64,000 nucleotides of DNA, taken from positions 16,998,839 to 17,062,838 of the forward strand of contig NC_068993.1 in NCBI RefSeq assembly GCF_001194135.2, read 5' to 3'. The translations under genes were made by a program, and so were the position numbers. This document shows positions 24,898 to 38,240 of the stretch, piece after piece; position 1 is the stretch's first letter, and each line of letters opens with the position of its first letter. The notes beneath the pieces are model-generated. The model ran no database searches and was not told the origin of the DNA. It was given only the letters and a program-made list of their open reading frames with translations. The stretch is from Octopus bimaculoides (lineage: Eukaryota).

Positions 24898-24985
24898 GAG
24901 TTGGATGTATATAAGTACAGTAGCTTATCTTTGCTCTTCTTGCTCCTATCGCTAACCCTGTCCCTTCCTGGCTTGTTTTATGGGT
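24898..24985 (+). other. Candidate internal exon (88 nt)
   Basis: Strong acceptor ttgcttcttttccatgtttgcag|G and donor T|GTAAGT. The only open frame is ELDVYKYSSLSLLFLLLSLTLSLPGLFYG (hydrophobic). It could be UTR. Confidence 0.45.
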
Positions 24986-25262
24986 GTAAGTATAGCCAAG
25001 TAGGTAAAAAGTTCACTTCTTACCTACATGGTCATTGCACTGGGTTTAATCACACTCTGCAACACCTTCAGAAAGTGTCTTTTACTATAACCTCTGGCTG
25101 AACTAAGCCAGAAGTTATAGAAGTTAAAATTAGGTAGACAAATACTCTATGGCCCAATCAGATTAGCTGTACCTTTTGGTGAGGGTAAGGAATTAGACCC
25201 TATCCATTGTCTGATCTAACATTACTTCTTGGGTACTTTTGGCAGGGTCCACTTTTTTGTAC

Positions 25263-25472
25263 TTGACCCTTTAGCATTCAGACTACTTTGTTCACATTGT
25301 TTTGAAATTAATCTTGCATCATCTTGTAGCTTTGAGACTTCAAATGAAGCAATTGTTTCCTTTTAGAATGACATTGTAGGGTAGGTGTAAGAGGTCAGAT
25401 CTGGATGGTTTGAACATAGAACAGGTAGGATATTTGAGTCAGATGTGGTCAGTTTAAATGCCAAATGGTTAA
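25263..25472. mobile_element. piggyBac-like (TTAA) MITE
   Basis: Ends ttgacccttt...aaatggttaa. The internal sequence is shared with the copy at 61351-61796. Confidence 0.65.
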
Positions 25473-25695
25473 ACCAAGTCCCCGTTTTAATGATATCTCA
25501 ATATCTTGATGCACACCATTTTTTATTTCCTTGAACAGTCCAGAAGTTTTGGTTTCTTCTTTTCTTTCTTCATACCAGTCTTCTATAAATAGATTCTATA
25601 GATAGTTGTAGGTACTAACCTTTTCTCTTCTCACGAAATAATTACAGAATATCTTCTTCTAAGACTTCTTCCATTGTCAGCATATGTTTTCTTTA

Positions 25696-25736
<41 letters not shown>

Positions 25737-25746
25737 NNNNNNNNNN

Positions 25747-25781
<35 letters not shown>

Positions 25782-26754
25782 TTTTACTTGTTTTTCTCGT
25801 TGGACTGCTGCCATGCTGGGCTACTGTTTTGACAGGTTTAGTTCAACAAATGAACCCCAATACTTAATTTCAAGTCTGATATTTTATCGGTCTCTTTTTA
25901 CTGAACCATTAAGTTATGGTGGCATAAACAAAGATACACACACACACACAAAATGGATTTCCATACAGTTTCCATCTACCAAACACATTTACAAGACATT
26001 GGTCAGCTTAAGGCTGTAGTAGAAGACACTTGCCTAAGGTGCCACACAGCAAGACTGAACCCAAAATCGTGCGGTTGCAAATGAGCTTCTTAATCACACA
26101 GCCATGCCCCTTTACATCATCTTTCTTTCTTTTCTTTTTTTCTTTACCCTACAAGTGCTGTTATCCGTCTATATTGATCACATGTCTATACCATCACCCC
26201 TACCTTTCTAACACATATCAGTTTATGAAGCAAATTTGTAAATGTCTAAATTTCAAGTGATTATCAGGAAAATATATGTATATATAGTTAGGAAAACAAT
26301 TAGCGTCCGTTTGATATATGAATAACTGAAAAATTTTTGAATACATAGTCTGAAATGTAAAGCTATTGATCAAGAATATGATTTTTTCATATAACTTTCG
26401 ATAAAAGACAAATGAAGTCTGGTGACCAAATTATCACTTTGGGAATTTTCCATAATGAATTTAGACATTCCAGATGCAGAACAGACTCAGTAGAAATTGA
26501 ATAATTGTATTTTCCAATGGATTAGTTCCGGAATTGATCTAAAAGTTTTCATTTTAATAGATTTTGAAATGCTCCCTTCATTTAACATTGCATCATATTT
26601 TCATAAAATTGTTCAGATGAAGCGGTAAATTAGACCTGGCTAATTTTGCAACCATCATGGGCCTCTTTTAAAGGAATAAATTTTGTCTATCCTATATTAC
26701 AGTTCGATTACAGATTATTCATTGTTGCATGAGATGTTCTTGTTTATACAGCAA

Positions 26755-26900
26755 TTATACATATCATTACTGCACATATATCATTACTACAAATCTTATA
26801 TATCATTACTACACTTCATGCATATCATTACTACACATGTAATCATTACTACATATACATATCATTACCACACCACTACAGTTTCATTACTACACATCTT
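26755..26900 (+). repeat. Degenerate minisatellite with core atcattactac
   Basis: About 7 units of ~17-23 bp containing tcattac(t/c). Confidence 0.8.
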
Positions 26901-27603
26901 TCTTTGCCTATTGGTTTCAGCCAATCTAATTTCAGTATTTCTTCAACGACAACAGCAGTCTAATAAAACTGAGCATTGATTACCATACCAGTATAAGCAG
27001 GTTCAATCTTGCTCAGCATATATTTTTTTTTTTAATCTAGCCAATGCTTGATTGTGTCTTCAAACTTGTACGCTTGCTGAAGAAACATCATTATTAGTAA
27101 TTTTGGATAGCTTCAGATATTTTTTTTTAATTTGGAAGTAGACAATTATTTCTCAGGAAGGGTTATTGATCTGCATTGTGCAATTCATAGAGACAGAGAG
27201 AGATTTTTTTTTTTTAAATAGTTGTGATAGAGTATAAAGGAAAAAAGAAAAAAGAAACATATTTTGGCCATCTTTATTGACAATGTTTGTTAAGACAAAG
27301 TTGCTTCATCTTCAGCAACAGCAGCGGCAGTAGCAGCATTTTAAGATCTGCATTTAATGTGTTTCTCGTTGACAAGGAATTAGACTATCAGCATATAGGT
27401 ATAATTCTAATATACTGCTGGGATTTCTTTGGCAAGCAGAATGGAGGATGCAGTACTTAACACTATATCAATTCATCCATTTGAAACAAGCAGCAGATCT
27501 TTCGTGGATGTTATGTCTTCAATAAATTATCCCACAAAAAGGTAGAGATTCACTTACATGCTAAACATACACCTTGAATCTGGTGCTAAGTTTGGCTCTA
27601 TAT

Positions 27604-27920
27604 CAGTGGTTCCCAAATTTTTTCAGGCCACTGCCTCCTTGGCACTCAGGCCACATTCCTAGTCCTCTAAGCACCACCGCCCCCAAGCTCATCACCACCA
27701 CAAACATAAACCACTTTCTGCCGCAAATTCAAAACAACTGAATTTTACAAATACAACTTAACCTAATCAACCCTAAATTTTGTTCTTTTTACATCCGTTG
27801 CCCCCTTTCGGCCACCCCATCCATTATCACCTCACTTTTCTTCAATGCCTCCCTAGATCTTTCCACTGCCCCAGGTATGTGTGCATGGTGGGGAAGTATC
27901 ACCCACATTAGGAGCCACTG
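27604..27920. mobile_element. hAT MITE with 7/8 TSD
   Basis: TIRs cagtggttcccaa...taggagccactg. Flanks are ctctatat (27596-27603) and gtctatat (27921-27928). Confidence 0.85.
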
Positions 27921-28247
27921 GTCTATATGAATTATTGAAGCTTTTGGGAGAGGCACTTGTTTTTTTGGGGTTTTTTTTAGTGCAGTTGCATGGATCTACA
28001 AATAATAGCTGTTACTGTTGTTTAGTCTCAGGTCAAGCTCTGATAAATCGGGTCCATTATGAAGCCCTACTATCTCTTTTTTGGAGTACCTAAATCTATA
28101 TTATGTAATAAGTCCTCTTGTTATTTTAAAGATTTGGCTGTTGTTTTTAGCATATCAAGTGATTACATACATGCATCTTTATATCTCTTTTCAAATAAAT
28201 TTTGTTTGAGTATGTGTGTGATAGTGTGTGTGCATGTGTTTGTGTGT

Positions 28248-28286
<39 letters not shown>

Positions 28287-30264
28287 CGTGCGTGCGTGTG
28301 TGTACCTGTGTTTCACAATAATGCTGGTGAAGTATCACTGTAAGANNNNNNNNNNAATTTTATAATGTCATTTGAAATCTTCGCAGACGAATCTGTGTTC
28401 TAGCTAACCATCTACTGCCAGCTTGAATCAATTCTTTTTCTTTTTTCTCTCTTTCTCTTTATCTCTCTCTCTCTCTCTCTCTCTCTTTTCTCTTTTTCCA
28501 TCCAGCACGCATCATTAATTCTCATCATAATCCAAATCAACTCCATATTCTGTTGTTATATGAGAAGATTGTTTCTCACTATCTCCAACTACTAAGCTGC
28601 TTGTCATTTCCATAGTAAATTCAAGTGCTGAATCATTCTAGTCATTCTCTTTTTATTCTTATCTGATCTTCTACCAGGTAAACAGGCTGGAGGTTTATCC
28701 AGTGTCTGGCACCAGAGACAAGAGTCATCATAATGTTAAACGATTCATTGGACAAGAGAGCAACATTTTATCTGCTCAACCATTGCTATTCCTTATCAGC
28801 TCAGTTATCTATGTGCAATCTAATACAACTATTTTGTACTAAACCTTCCTTCATAAACCAAGGAATGGCTTATTGGAACCCAATTTTAAGCACACATTTT
28901 CAACAGCACTAGTGCTCACAAAATGCTTGCAAAAATTTTTTTTTTTAAATGTATATAAAATCTATTGCAATTCCTCCCTCCCCTCATATATTCAACTCTT
29001 GGTATATCTAAAATTCAATAATTTATTGGAAAAAATATTAATTCTTGAAAATCTATATATTTTTTCAAAATATATAAGGATTTAATGAAAAATTCTTGAC
29101 TGATTGATTACTTACCAGATATTAAAGAGTAAGTAAAATAGGTCAGATTTTTTTTTTTATATTTGTTTACAGCTTTTTTTTTGTCTTTTTTTTTTTTTTT
29201 TTAAATGCATTCTAACTCAGTAGATCATTAGTGAAATAAATGTAGAATGTATGCACCTATTACTTTTGGAAATGTCGGCCATTTCCCAGCATCACGAACG
29301 AAATTGTTGTGAAGAAAACCTAGAGCAATGTTCTAAATTATAGCCCACCATCCCCCCCTCTCTCTCTTTCTTTCATTCTCTTTTTCACGCAAACTTTAAC
29401 TTACCTAATTGGTGCCAATGACAAAGGTCAGACTTACATGTCACATGATACAACAACAATAACAAAAAAAGGACATAAAGAATCTGCATTTTATCCCAAC
29501 AACTTCTAACCTTATTTGAAAGAATCAGAAAATTCCTCCTTTTCTCTTTCTCTCTGTCTGTCTCTCTCTCTCTCTCTTTCTCTTTCCAACTTCGACTTGT
29601 TAATAATAAATCAACTGTTATTTTCCTTTGGTCAATAATAACATGCTTCATTTTGTTGTAATTATTTTTCAGTCTTTCTTTTATTTTGTTTCACTAAAGA
29701 AGCAAAAATGATATGTAGCAAGATAAAAAACAAAAAGATGGGGAGTGTTTCTGAGAAGGAGATGCGGCTCTGTAATGTACACCCTTTACCACCATCTGTG
29801 ACAGTTAAAGCCAGTGACAGAGATTTTACATCAGACACAGGCAACTTTTCTTCATAAGCAGGCTGCATGAAACATGGCTTATCCATAAGGTGGGCCAGCA
29901 CTACTAAAAAACTATTATAGCCCCAGGACAACCACAGACTTGTAAGTGAATTTGGTAGACTGAAACTGCAGCATTGTTCATCAGAAAATGTTCAAAAAAC
30001 ATGCTTATAAGGAAATGTTGTTTGCTTCATACTCCTCGTGTGCCGATTCTGCCCATGAGAAAGGAACAAATAATACAATGTGGCTGTAGGTCATAATAGC
30101 CAGGCAACACTGGAGTGCATTGCTAGTCTCATAAATTGAAGAGTAAAAGGACACATTATATAATGCACTAAAAGATGTGCACTGTGTCTGAAGAGAAAAA
30201 AAGAAAAAAGTAGTCATAGCTGGAGTGGTTAACCATGGTTTGAACAACAGTGTGATGGAAATCC

Positions 30265-30683
30265 TTAACCTTTTCATTACTATATTCCTAATGAAATATA
30301 TTGTCTTCATTTTATTTAATTTTTAAAATAATGAATTTAGTGAAGTAACTTTATTATCAAGTAGGTATTTGACAAGGAGTGAGCTGGAAGAATCATTAGC
30401 ATACATGGCAAAATGCTTAGTGGCATTTCACCCATCTTTAAGTCCTGAGTTCAANNNNNNNNNNNNNNNNNNNNNNNNNNGCTTCAGCTCCTCCTTTGAT
30501 CTTGCTAACCTTGGGCCAAATTTTGAAACCATTATTAAGTAGGTAATTTGAACATAAATTAACATGAAGTTTTGATGAAAGGTTTTTATTTGGATAACTT
30601 TAAAACAGGAAATTTGATAGTTTGTATTATAGCCAGGGGTACTCCCCCCCCCCTGCGCCAGGTGGGTGAGTATCAAGGGTTTA
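30265..30683. mobile_element. piggyBac-like MITE interrupted by a family B SINE (~30380-30535)
   Basis: Starts ttaacctttt and ends aagggttta. The internal SINE gagctggaagaatcattagca...ttttgaaaccattatta splits the MITE body. Confidence 0.6.
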
Positions 30684-32144
30684 TGGTAAGTTATTGGTTG
30701 TTTCGCGAATAATGAATTTAATGTGAAACTGGATGTTACATACAGTTGTCAGTCTCAAGGCTCACAATTAGAACTCTGTTTCTTTTATACAGGGAGATTA
30801 GCTGTAATTTTTTCATTCATTATGTCAGTTGATTGTAGGTTAATGTATGCTGCCCATGAACAAAAAATCATTCAAACCAAAGATTTGAAAATCATGAATA
30901 ATCAGTACAATACTTTATTCTCTAATCATCATCATCACTTAACGTCCGCTTTCTTTACTGGCATCATATACATATATGTGTGTATATACATACCCTTTTA
31001 TATACCTTTACATTTGTATACCCTTTTCATTTGTACACCTATCTGTGTATTATATGTATATACATACATGTGTGTATGACAAAGAGCAAAATTAAAAAGA
31101 CAGCACAATTTGGACATGCTTTGGGTGTTGTCCTTCTATTGCCTTCTTCAGACTAAGTTCATATTTTTATAGCAGGATGTTCTACCTGTCACTAAAGCTC
31201 ACTTCTTTCCAGGCATGGTAGTATTTCCCTCTTGTCTAGCAAACTATGAACAGTCCAAACATACTTTCACAGAAAATTGCTGACAGACAACATTTGTTTA
31301 TATGAATGGTATGTGTGTGTGTGAATATATTTCATCAGCACACTAGTACATACACTGAAAATTACGCTTTATTGATGAGGTTAGAATAAAACTGAAATAA
31401 GTCCAGAGTTATCTGCTGTACTTGCCATAAAAATGAATGAAACTAACTATTAATTAATATTGTATTTTCCTCATCATAATGATTTCTTGGTAGCATTTTA
31501 ATGATCACTACATTAAATATATCACTAACTTCACTACCATCCAGTAAGTTTAACACACAATTTCAAATCACCAATTAAGTCTATAATATATTTTATTGAC
31601 TCGTTATTTTGAACAGCCTGGAGGTGCACTCACATTTGGTGTGTATGTGTACATGGCTGTGAGCCTGCTGGAGTGGAGAATTGAGTAGGATGTTGGATGA
31701 GAAACAAGGAGCTGTTATATGTCACATTCCAATGCATAACACAAAGCCAGAAAGAACAATATCTCTTAATCATATCACTAATCTCTGTAGAATGCTTCAA
31801 AAATTATTATGGTTTTGATTTTGATATCCAAAATATAAGTTGAAGCTTATTACTCAGCAGACTCTAATTATATAGCTAAAACATTCCTATTAATTAAGGA
31901 TTTAATATCCAGTATCATCTCATCAGAGACAGAAAAATGCAATGAACCAATCCTATACTCTTCTACTTTTATACATACATCAAACACCACCACCAGTAAT
32001 TCTATCACTGCAACACACATCATCCATATAAGGCTCTGAATGATATAGATATGTCACCATAGATTTTGAAGAATAAATATTCCGATTGATGAAAATTAAA
32101 TTAAAAACACTCTACAGGGAAAAAATGTGTCAGCTGCAATGGAG

Positions 32145-32196
<52 letters not shown>

Positions 32197-33023
32197 CACT
32201 GCCCAACTTCATGTATGTAATTGATTTAACAAGCAGTATATTGGCTTGCAGTGGTGAGTTTTGCTCCTGGAGATCTCTAGAGAAGCCACTTAACTATTCA
32301 GATGAAACTAATGGCTTCTTACCATGCACACTTTCCTCATGGCATCAGCTTTGGATTTGGTTACTGAAAACTGCAGCTGTGTGTTTACATGTGTATGCAT
32401 CATCCCAAAACTAACTTTTTGTGCACTCACACATACACATATATATGCATGGGTGTTAAACCCATCACACAAGTAAATGAGCAAGTCTCACTATGGTGGC
32501 TCAGTGGGTTCAAACTAGCCTCTAAATCTCTCTAAGATCATGCCTCACTCTCTTGGAAAAGAAAATATTTGATAATATTGGCCATGGTACAGTACTCCAG
32601 AAGGAAAACAAAAAAGGTGCTATGATCATTGCTAGAATACCTTTGATCATTGGTCTGGCCTACCAAGATTGACTTGGGACTAAACATCAACAACTCCTCA
32701 ATCAAAAGGTGACCACTACTGGATGGACACCTTCTAAGACTACATGGTGGCCTCACAACTCTCTCTCTGTATATGTGTGTATATATGCATTATCGTTGTT
32801 GTTGAACTCCAACTCAGTCTTGAGCAGGCAAACTTAGGATCACAACAGTGTCATCTATTATTTTCCCCCCCCTTTCAAGTAGTTAACTGACTACCCTATC
32901 AAATAAGTCCTCCCCCTTTATTAACTAAGACGTGATGTGGGTGTTGTTTGGCAACTGTTTTAGGTCAGCCCACTAGGTAGTGGCCTCTTTGTTGGCTCAT
33001 ATATCTGTGTATGTATATGTGTT

Positions 33024-33075
<52 letters not shown>

Positions 33076-33434
33076 TTTGTGAAGGCTTAGTGGTTAGGGT
33101 ACTCCGCTCACAATTGTAAGGTCATGAATTCAATTCCAAGGGTCATGTTGTGTTCTTGAGTAAGACTCTTTATTTCACATTGCTCCAGTCCACTCAGCTG
33201 GCAGAAATTAATAGTACCAGTATTTCAAAAGCCAGCCTTGTCACATTCTGTATCACACTGAATCGATCTGAGAAATATGTTAATAGTACATGTGTCTGTG
33301 GAGTGCTCAACCACTTGTACGTTAATTTCACAATCAGGCTGTTCCATTGATCAGATCAACTGGAACTACTATCATCGTTGTAACTAATGGAGTGACAGAT
33401 TATATATGTATATATATATAGAGAGAGAGAGAGA

Positions 33435-33680
33435 CCTTTGACAATATGCCGTGCTTGAGAAGACCTGTAAAGCCAAGTGAGATCATAGTTGTGGCCAATG
33501 TCGGTGTTTCATAATTGGCATGTAAAAAGCACCCACTACACTCTCAGAATGGTTGGAATTAGGAAGGGCATCAAGCTGTAGAAACCACTCTAAATCAGAT
33601 TGAAACCTGGCGCAGCTTACCAGTTTTCAGTTAAACCATCCAACCCATGCCAACATGGAAAATGGGTGTTAAATGATGAT
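33435..33680 (+). mobile_element. RTE-type 3' tail repeat
   Basis: ggaagggcatc..tagaaacc..aaatcagattg..ccatccaacccatgccaacatggaaa..gttaaatgatgat. Many other copies are present (e.g. 22985, 37320, 38640, 42270, 45430, 49195, 59125). Confidence 0.7.
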
Positions 33681-34361
33681 CACACACACACACACACACA
33701 CACGCGCGCTCAGATATAGACATAAATGTACCACTGACCAGGGTAAATTGATACATCGTGTTTTTACAATTTAGTGAAAAGTATTGCCACAAGCTTCATC
33801 AACCAACATTAAATGAAAGTCAATGTGAATTTTTCCACATTAAATATATTTATAACATTAAAGTCATGATGTGTAAAAATGTGGTGAAACTTCATGGGAT
33901 TCAAATGTTTAGCATTTAACCACAATATCACATTGCAAAGTCCATCGACACACACAATGACAGTTTTCAATATGTAATGTAACGCTCAGAACATTAGCTT
34001 ATTGTAAATTCCTGTTTAAAATGTCCTTCTTGATGCATTAAAAAATATATATTTATGAGCATTTCAAAAATGGGGCAGTTTTAATGGAAAAAACAAAAAA
34101 AAAATAAAAAGAAATTCTATAGAGGTAATCCTCATTTGGTTGGTATTAAAAAGGTTAAAGTGTATTTTTCACAGTTATACAGAGTAAAAGATTACTAAAA
34201 GAGATATTTGGAATTTGTGACTTTGATGCTTTTTCCATAAATTTGAATTGTAATAATCCATGTAGAGTATATTCTGTCAGTTTTTAAATTATCAGATCGC
34301 TCTCATATATACGATAACTTAATACTGTTCTTGTTGTTCAGCCCCAGAATATCTCTATTTT

Positions 34362-34394
<33 letters not shown>

Positions 34395-35143
34395 TTGCCC
34401 AGTTCCTGCATCTTTTAGTCCATTTATTCTTTTATGTCTTTTCCCCACTTTCAAGACAGCAAGAGATATAATCTGAGTGAGATTCTACCAGGTCAAATGA
34501 TCACGTAGCAGTTTTCTTTTTTCTTTTGCTGGTGCGACAGCTATTTCCATTGTGCTACTTGAAAGGACTTAATACTCCATTGCACCAGATTAAACAGCTG
34601 AACTATACAAGTATGAAGTCAAGTAGAAGGGGAAATACCAATAGAGAGTCAGTTGTACTAAGTAACCCCTGGATTGATTTCCTATGTTGTTTACATCTTA
34701 GTGGATAAAGCTATTTCAGGGAGTTGATTATCTCAGATAAGCCTCGTAATTCATACAAATATCCAAATTTGCTCAACCTTCCAAATATATCATCATCTTA
34801 TCATCATAAGCAAATATAAATCATTAAACAACAAATTTAAACAAATACACACACATACAGAGGCACAGGCCTTTCTGTGTTTCTAACCATGTGATTTGGG
34901 GTTCAGTCCCACTGTGTGGCACCTTGGTCAAATATCTTTGAATGTTGCTGCCATCTGACAGTCACTGTAATAAAGGTATGCCTTATGAATGAAATTTGAT
35001 AGATAGAAACTGTACAGAAGCCTAGATGTGTGTGTGTATAAGTATATGTATACATACATATATACATAAGTGTGTGCGTATAATCATCATCATCATCATC
35101 ATCATCGTTTAACATCTGCCTTCCATGCTAGCATGAGTGGGAC

Positions 35144-35179
<36 letters not shown>

Positions 35180-35197
35180 CACATACATACATACATA

Positions 35198-36360
35198 CAG
35201 GGGTTGGACAAAATGATGGAAACACCTTAAAATTTCAAACAAATTTATTTTAATATGGAGTAGGACCCCCTTTGGCAGTAATTACAATTTGAATTCTATG
35301 AGTTATGGACTCATACAAAATTTTAATTCTTTCCAAAGGAATTTTTGCCCATTCTTCAGCTAAAACAGTCTGCAGTTCTTGTAGTGATAATGGTAGAAAA
35401 TAGCGACTCCTTACTTGCTTTTCTAAAATGCACCATAAATGTTCAATAATATTGAGATCTGGGCACTGCGGTGGTCAGATAAAATGTTCAACTTCCCTAG
35501 AATGTTCCCCGTGCCATTCAGTAACAACTTTAACTGTGTGAATTGGTGCATTATCATCCTGAAAGATTGCGTTTCCCTCCAGAAACAGTTCCACAACCAT
35601 CGGATGAATTTGATCCGGTAAAATGCTTAGTCTTGACTACTAATTCTGCCATGAAGGGAAACCATTGGGCTGGCGGATTTCCAAGATATAGCCCCCCAGA
35701 TTCTCCTCCATGTTTAACAGTTGGATGAAGGCGGTCTGGGTCAAATGCTTCTTTTGGTCGGAAATAAGGTTAAGGATGACTTGTCCAAGAAAATAACATT
35801 TTCCACTGCTCTAGGGACCAATTCTGTAAGTTTTTACTCCACTCTAATCACTTTGGAACGTTTGTTTTTGAAAGTAGTGGTTTTCTGATTGCAGCCCTCC
35901 CATGAAATCTGGCTTTGTGCAGCTCCTGGCGAACAGTTTTTGTAGAAACTGGGTTCTCGAGGTGATCATTAAGCTCTGCAGTAATTTGGGGAGCTGTACT
36001 TTTGTGATCTTTTCTAACAATTCATGTAAGAGTCCAATGGTTCTTATCTGAGAGTTTTGGTTTTCTTCTGGAGTTTTATTTCAAGGAGGAGGTTTTTCCC
36101 TCATTCTCAAAGGCTGTCATTACTTTCAAGATAGTACTTATTGATACACCAAATATTTTGGCTGTTTTCATTATGCTAGCGCCTGCCATACGAGCACCAA
36201 CAATTTGACCTCTTTGAAAGTCCAATAGATCTGTCATTTTAATGAATTTTAATTACCTTTTTCTGAGGATATCTGTAAAGAAACAACAATTTTAGCAAAA
36301 CATATTAAACAACACTAATAATAAAACAAAAAAACATAAAACTAAACAAGCTTTTGATGG
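35198..36360 (-). mobile_element. Tc1-family DNA transposon, defective, with one TIR visible
   Basis: TA followed by TIR caggggttggacaaaatgatggaaacacc at 35198, with transposase remnant on the minus strand. The matching TIR at the other end was not found. Confidence 0.9.
35250..36237 (-). pseudogene. Tc1 (DD34E) transposase pseudogene
   Basis: Begins MTDLLDFQRGQIVGARMAGASIMKTAKIFGVSISTILKV and continues ..VSTKTVRQELHKARFHGRAAIRKPLLS..; ends HFI*PPQCPDLNIIEHLWCILEKQV...TAKGGPTPY*. Multiple stops and frameshifts. Confidence 0.9.
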
Positions 36361-36405
36361 TTTCAGTACGAGTAAAGGAATACATACGTAACAGACACAC
36401 AGATA

Positions 36406-36625
36406 TGAAGGGGTGCTGTAAAGTTTCTGGCTTTAAGGGTATTGTGAAAGGCCCAGTTGGAAGCCCAACCTTCTGAGTTCTTTTACAAGGCTTACAAAAA
36501 CTGAAGGACCACTGCAATAAGTGTGTGAATCTGAGAGGGGAATATATGTTGAATAGAATCACAATTAACTGATCCTCCTGTATTTTCTTTTACCCAAAGC
36601 CAGGAACTTTTCAGCACCCCACTCG
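36406..36625. mobile_element. Mariner-type MITE with TA TSD
   Basis: ta|tgaaggggtgctgtaaagtttctggcttt ... aaagccaggaacttttcagcaccccactcg|ta. Confidence 0.85.
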
Positions 36626-37090
36626 TAGATATTAGATCTAAGAGAATAATATAATTATGTTTTTAGAAGAAATAAATATTCCTGTTTGGCATCTGAAACA
36701 TTTCAGTTTGTTATGTAAGGTTATACCCACCCACCAGCTGCTAACAAGAGATAACGGCATCTTCTGATAATGCCATTGCATTTATTTTTATGAAAATTGA
36801 CGCTGAGGCTATTTGAGAATATCTGTCTAGGATACAGCAAGAGATATAGGTGTCTATGATGGAAGCAACGAAAAATATGTATAAATGATTTATGTGTGTG
36901 CAGCTTTAAACTTAGTTTTGTTTGTTTTTTGAAAGAAAAAGAAAGAAAAAACTCTCATCAGAGGTATTTACTCTGCTAGCCAGTCTCATTGTCTTTGGAC
37001 ATGGACTTGAGAAATTTGAATAATTGAATGATGCCAGTCAGTCATTGACTTTCTTTTTATTATGTGCATAATAATACTTGCAAAACACAT

Positions 37091-37131
<41 letters not shown>

Positions 37132-37819
37132 CTCTCCAAAAGTTTTATCTCTGCAGATACTACCTGGTGGTTTAAACTTGTTAATGTATTATTATTTTTC
37201 ATTTCAGACAATGTAAAAATAATAATACATTAATAAGTTTGAAGCACCAAGTAGTGTCCAGACAGATAAAGCAGTATAATGAGGGGTGTCTATTTACTTT
37301 TGAGCTCTGTGTGTGTGTATGTGTATATCTGCATCATCATTTAGCATTCATTTTCCATGCTGACAGGAGGTGGCTAGACAGAAGACTGCACCACGTTTCA
37401 CTGTCTGCTTTGGCAGGGTTTTGCAGCTGGATGCCCTTCTGTTGTTTAAAGGCACAAAATGAAGTTGCTCTTACCTCAAGTTGAAATTGGAAACAACCAG
37501 CCAAATCATTCAGCTGTAATCATATGTTGAGTCTGCGGATCCCTTGCCAGTTACGACCACTACACACAACTGCTAGCAACACATGACCTGCCTTACTCAT
37601 AGACCCCGTAAGGAAGAGGCTGACTTGAACCTGTTGCTCACCATCATGACATCATCTCCTGCCCCTTCCAGTCCCTTTGCGATGTCCCTCTTTCTCCCTT
37701 CCTGTCAATTATCCTTCCACCACACCTTCCTAACATCAACCATCTTACAGAATGGTCTTATATATGCCCAAGTGATTTTCAGACTGTTCTGAGACAAAGG
37801 TTGTCTCAGAACAACCTGC

Positions 37820-38240
37820 AGTCATTCACTAAAAGCCAGAGTGTCTAATGTCGACCTGTTTAACAAGTGTAATATTGATATAATCAAGAGCTTCCTTATT
37901 CAGCCACAGTTGCACTGGGCTGGTCATGTTGTACCCAAAGCTCTCATGTATAGTTAGCTTGATAGTGGGCACAGGAATGTTGGTTGACCATGACTCAGAT
38001 ATAAGGATGAGTTAAAGAGTAACTTCACAGCTCACAACACCTTTGAGCAGACAGCCTTGGAACAAACAAAATAGAGATCATCATGTCAAAATGGTATAAG
38101 AGACCATGTTACAACTAACATTAACAGGCAAAGGAGAAAAGCAGTTACAAATATACTGGCTCGCCCTGACCCATAATCCTCATATTTGCAACATCTGCCG
38201 GCTTTGCAAATTGTTGGCAGGACTCAAATGACACATTTTG
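37820..38240 (+). mobile_element. RTE-clade LINE ORF2 3' remnant
   Basis: SLKARVSNVDLFNKCNIDIIKSFLIQPQLHWAGHVV (cf. QLRWAGHV), then RYKDELK and a C-terminal HICNIC...H motif, with stops. Confidence 0.8.
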
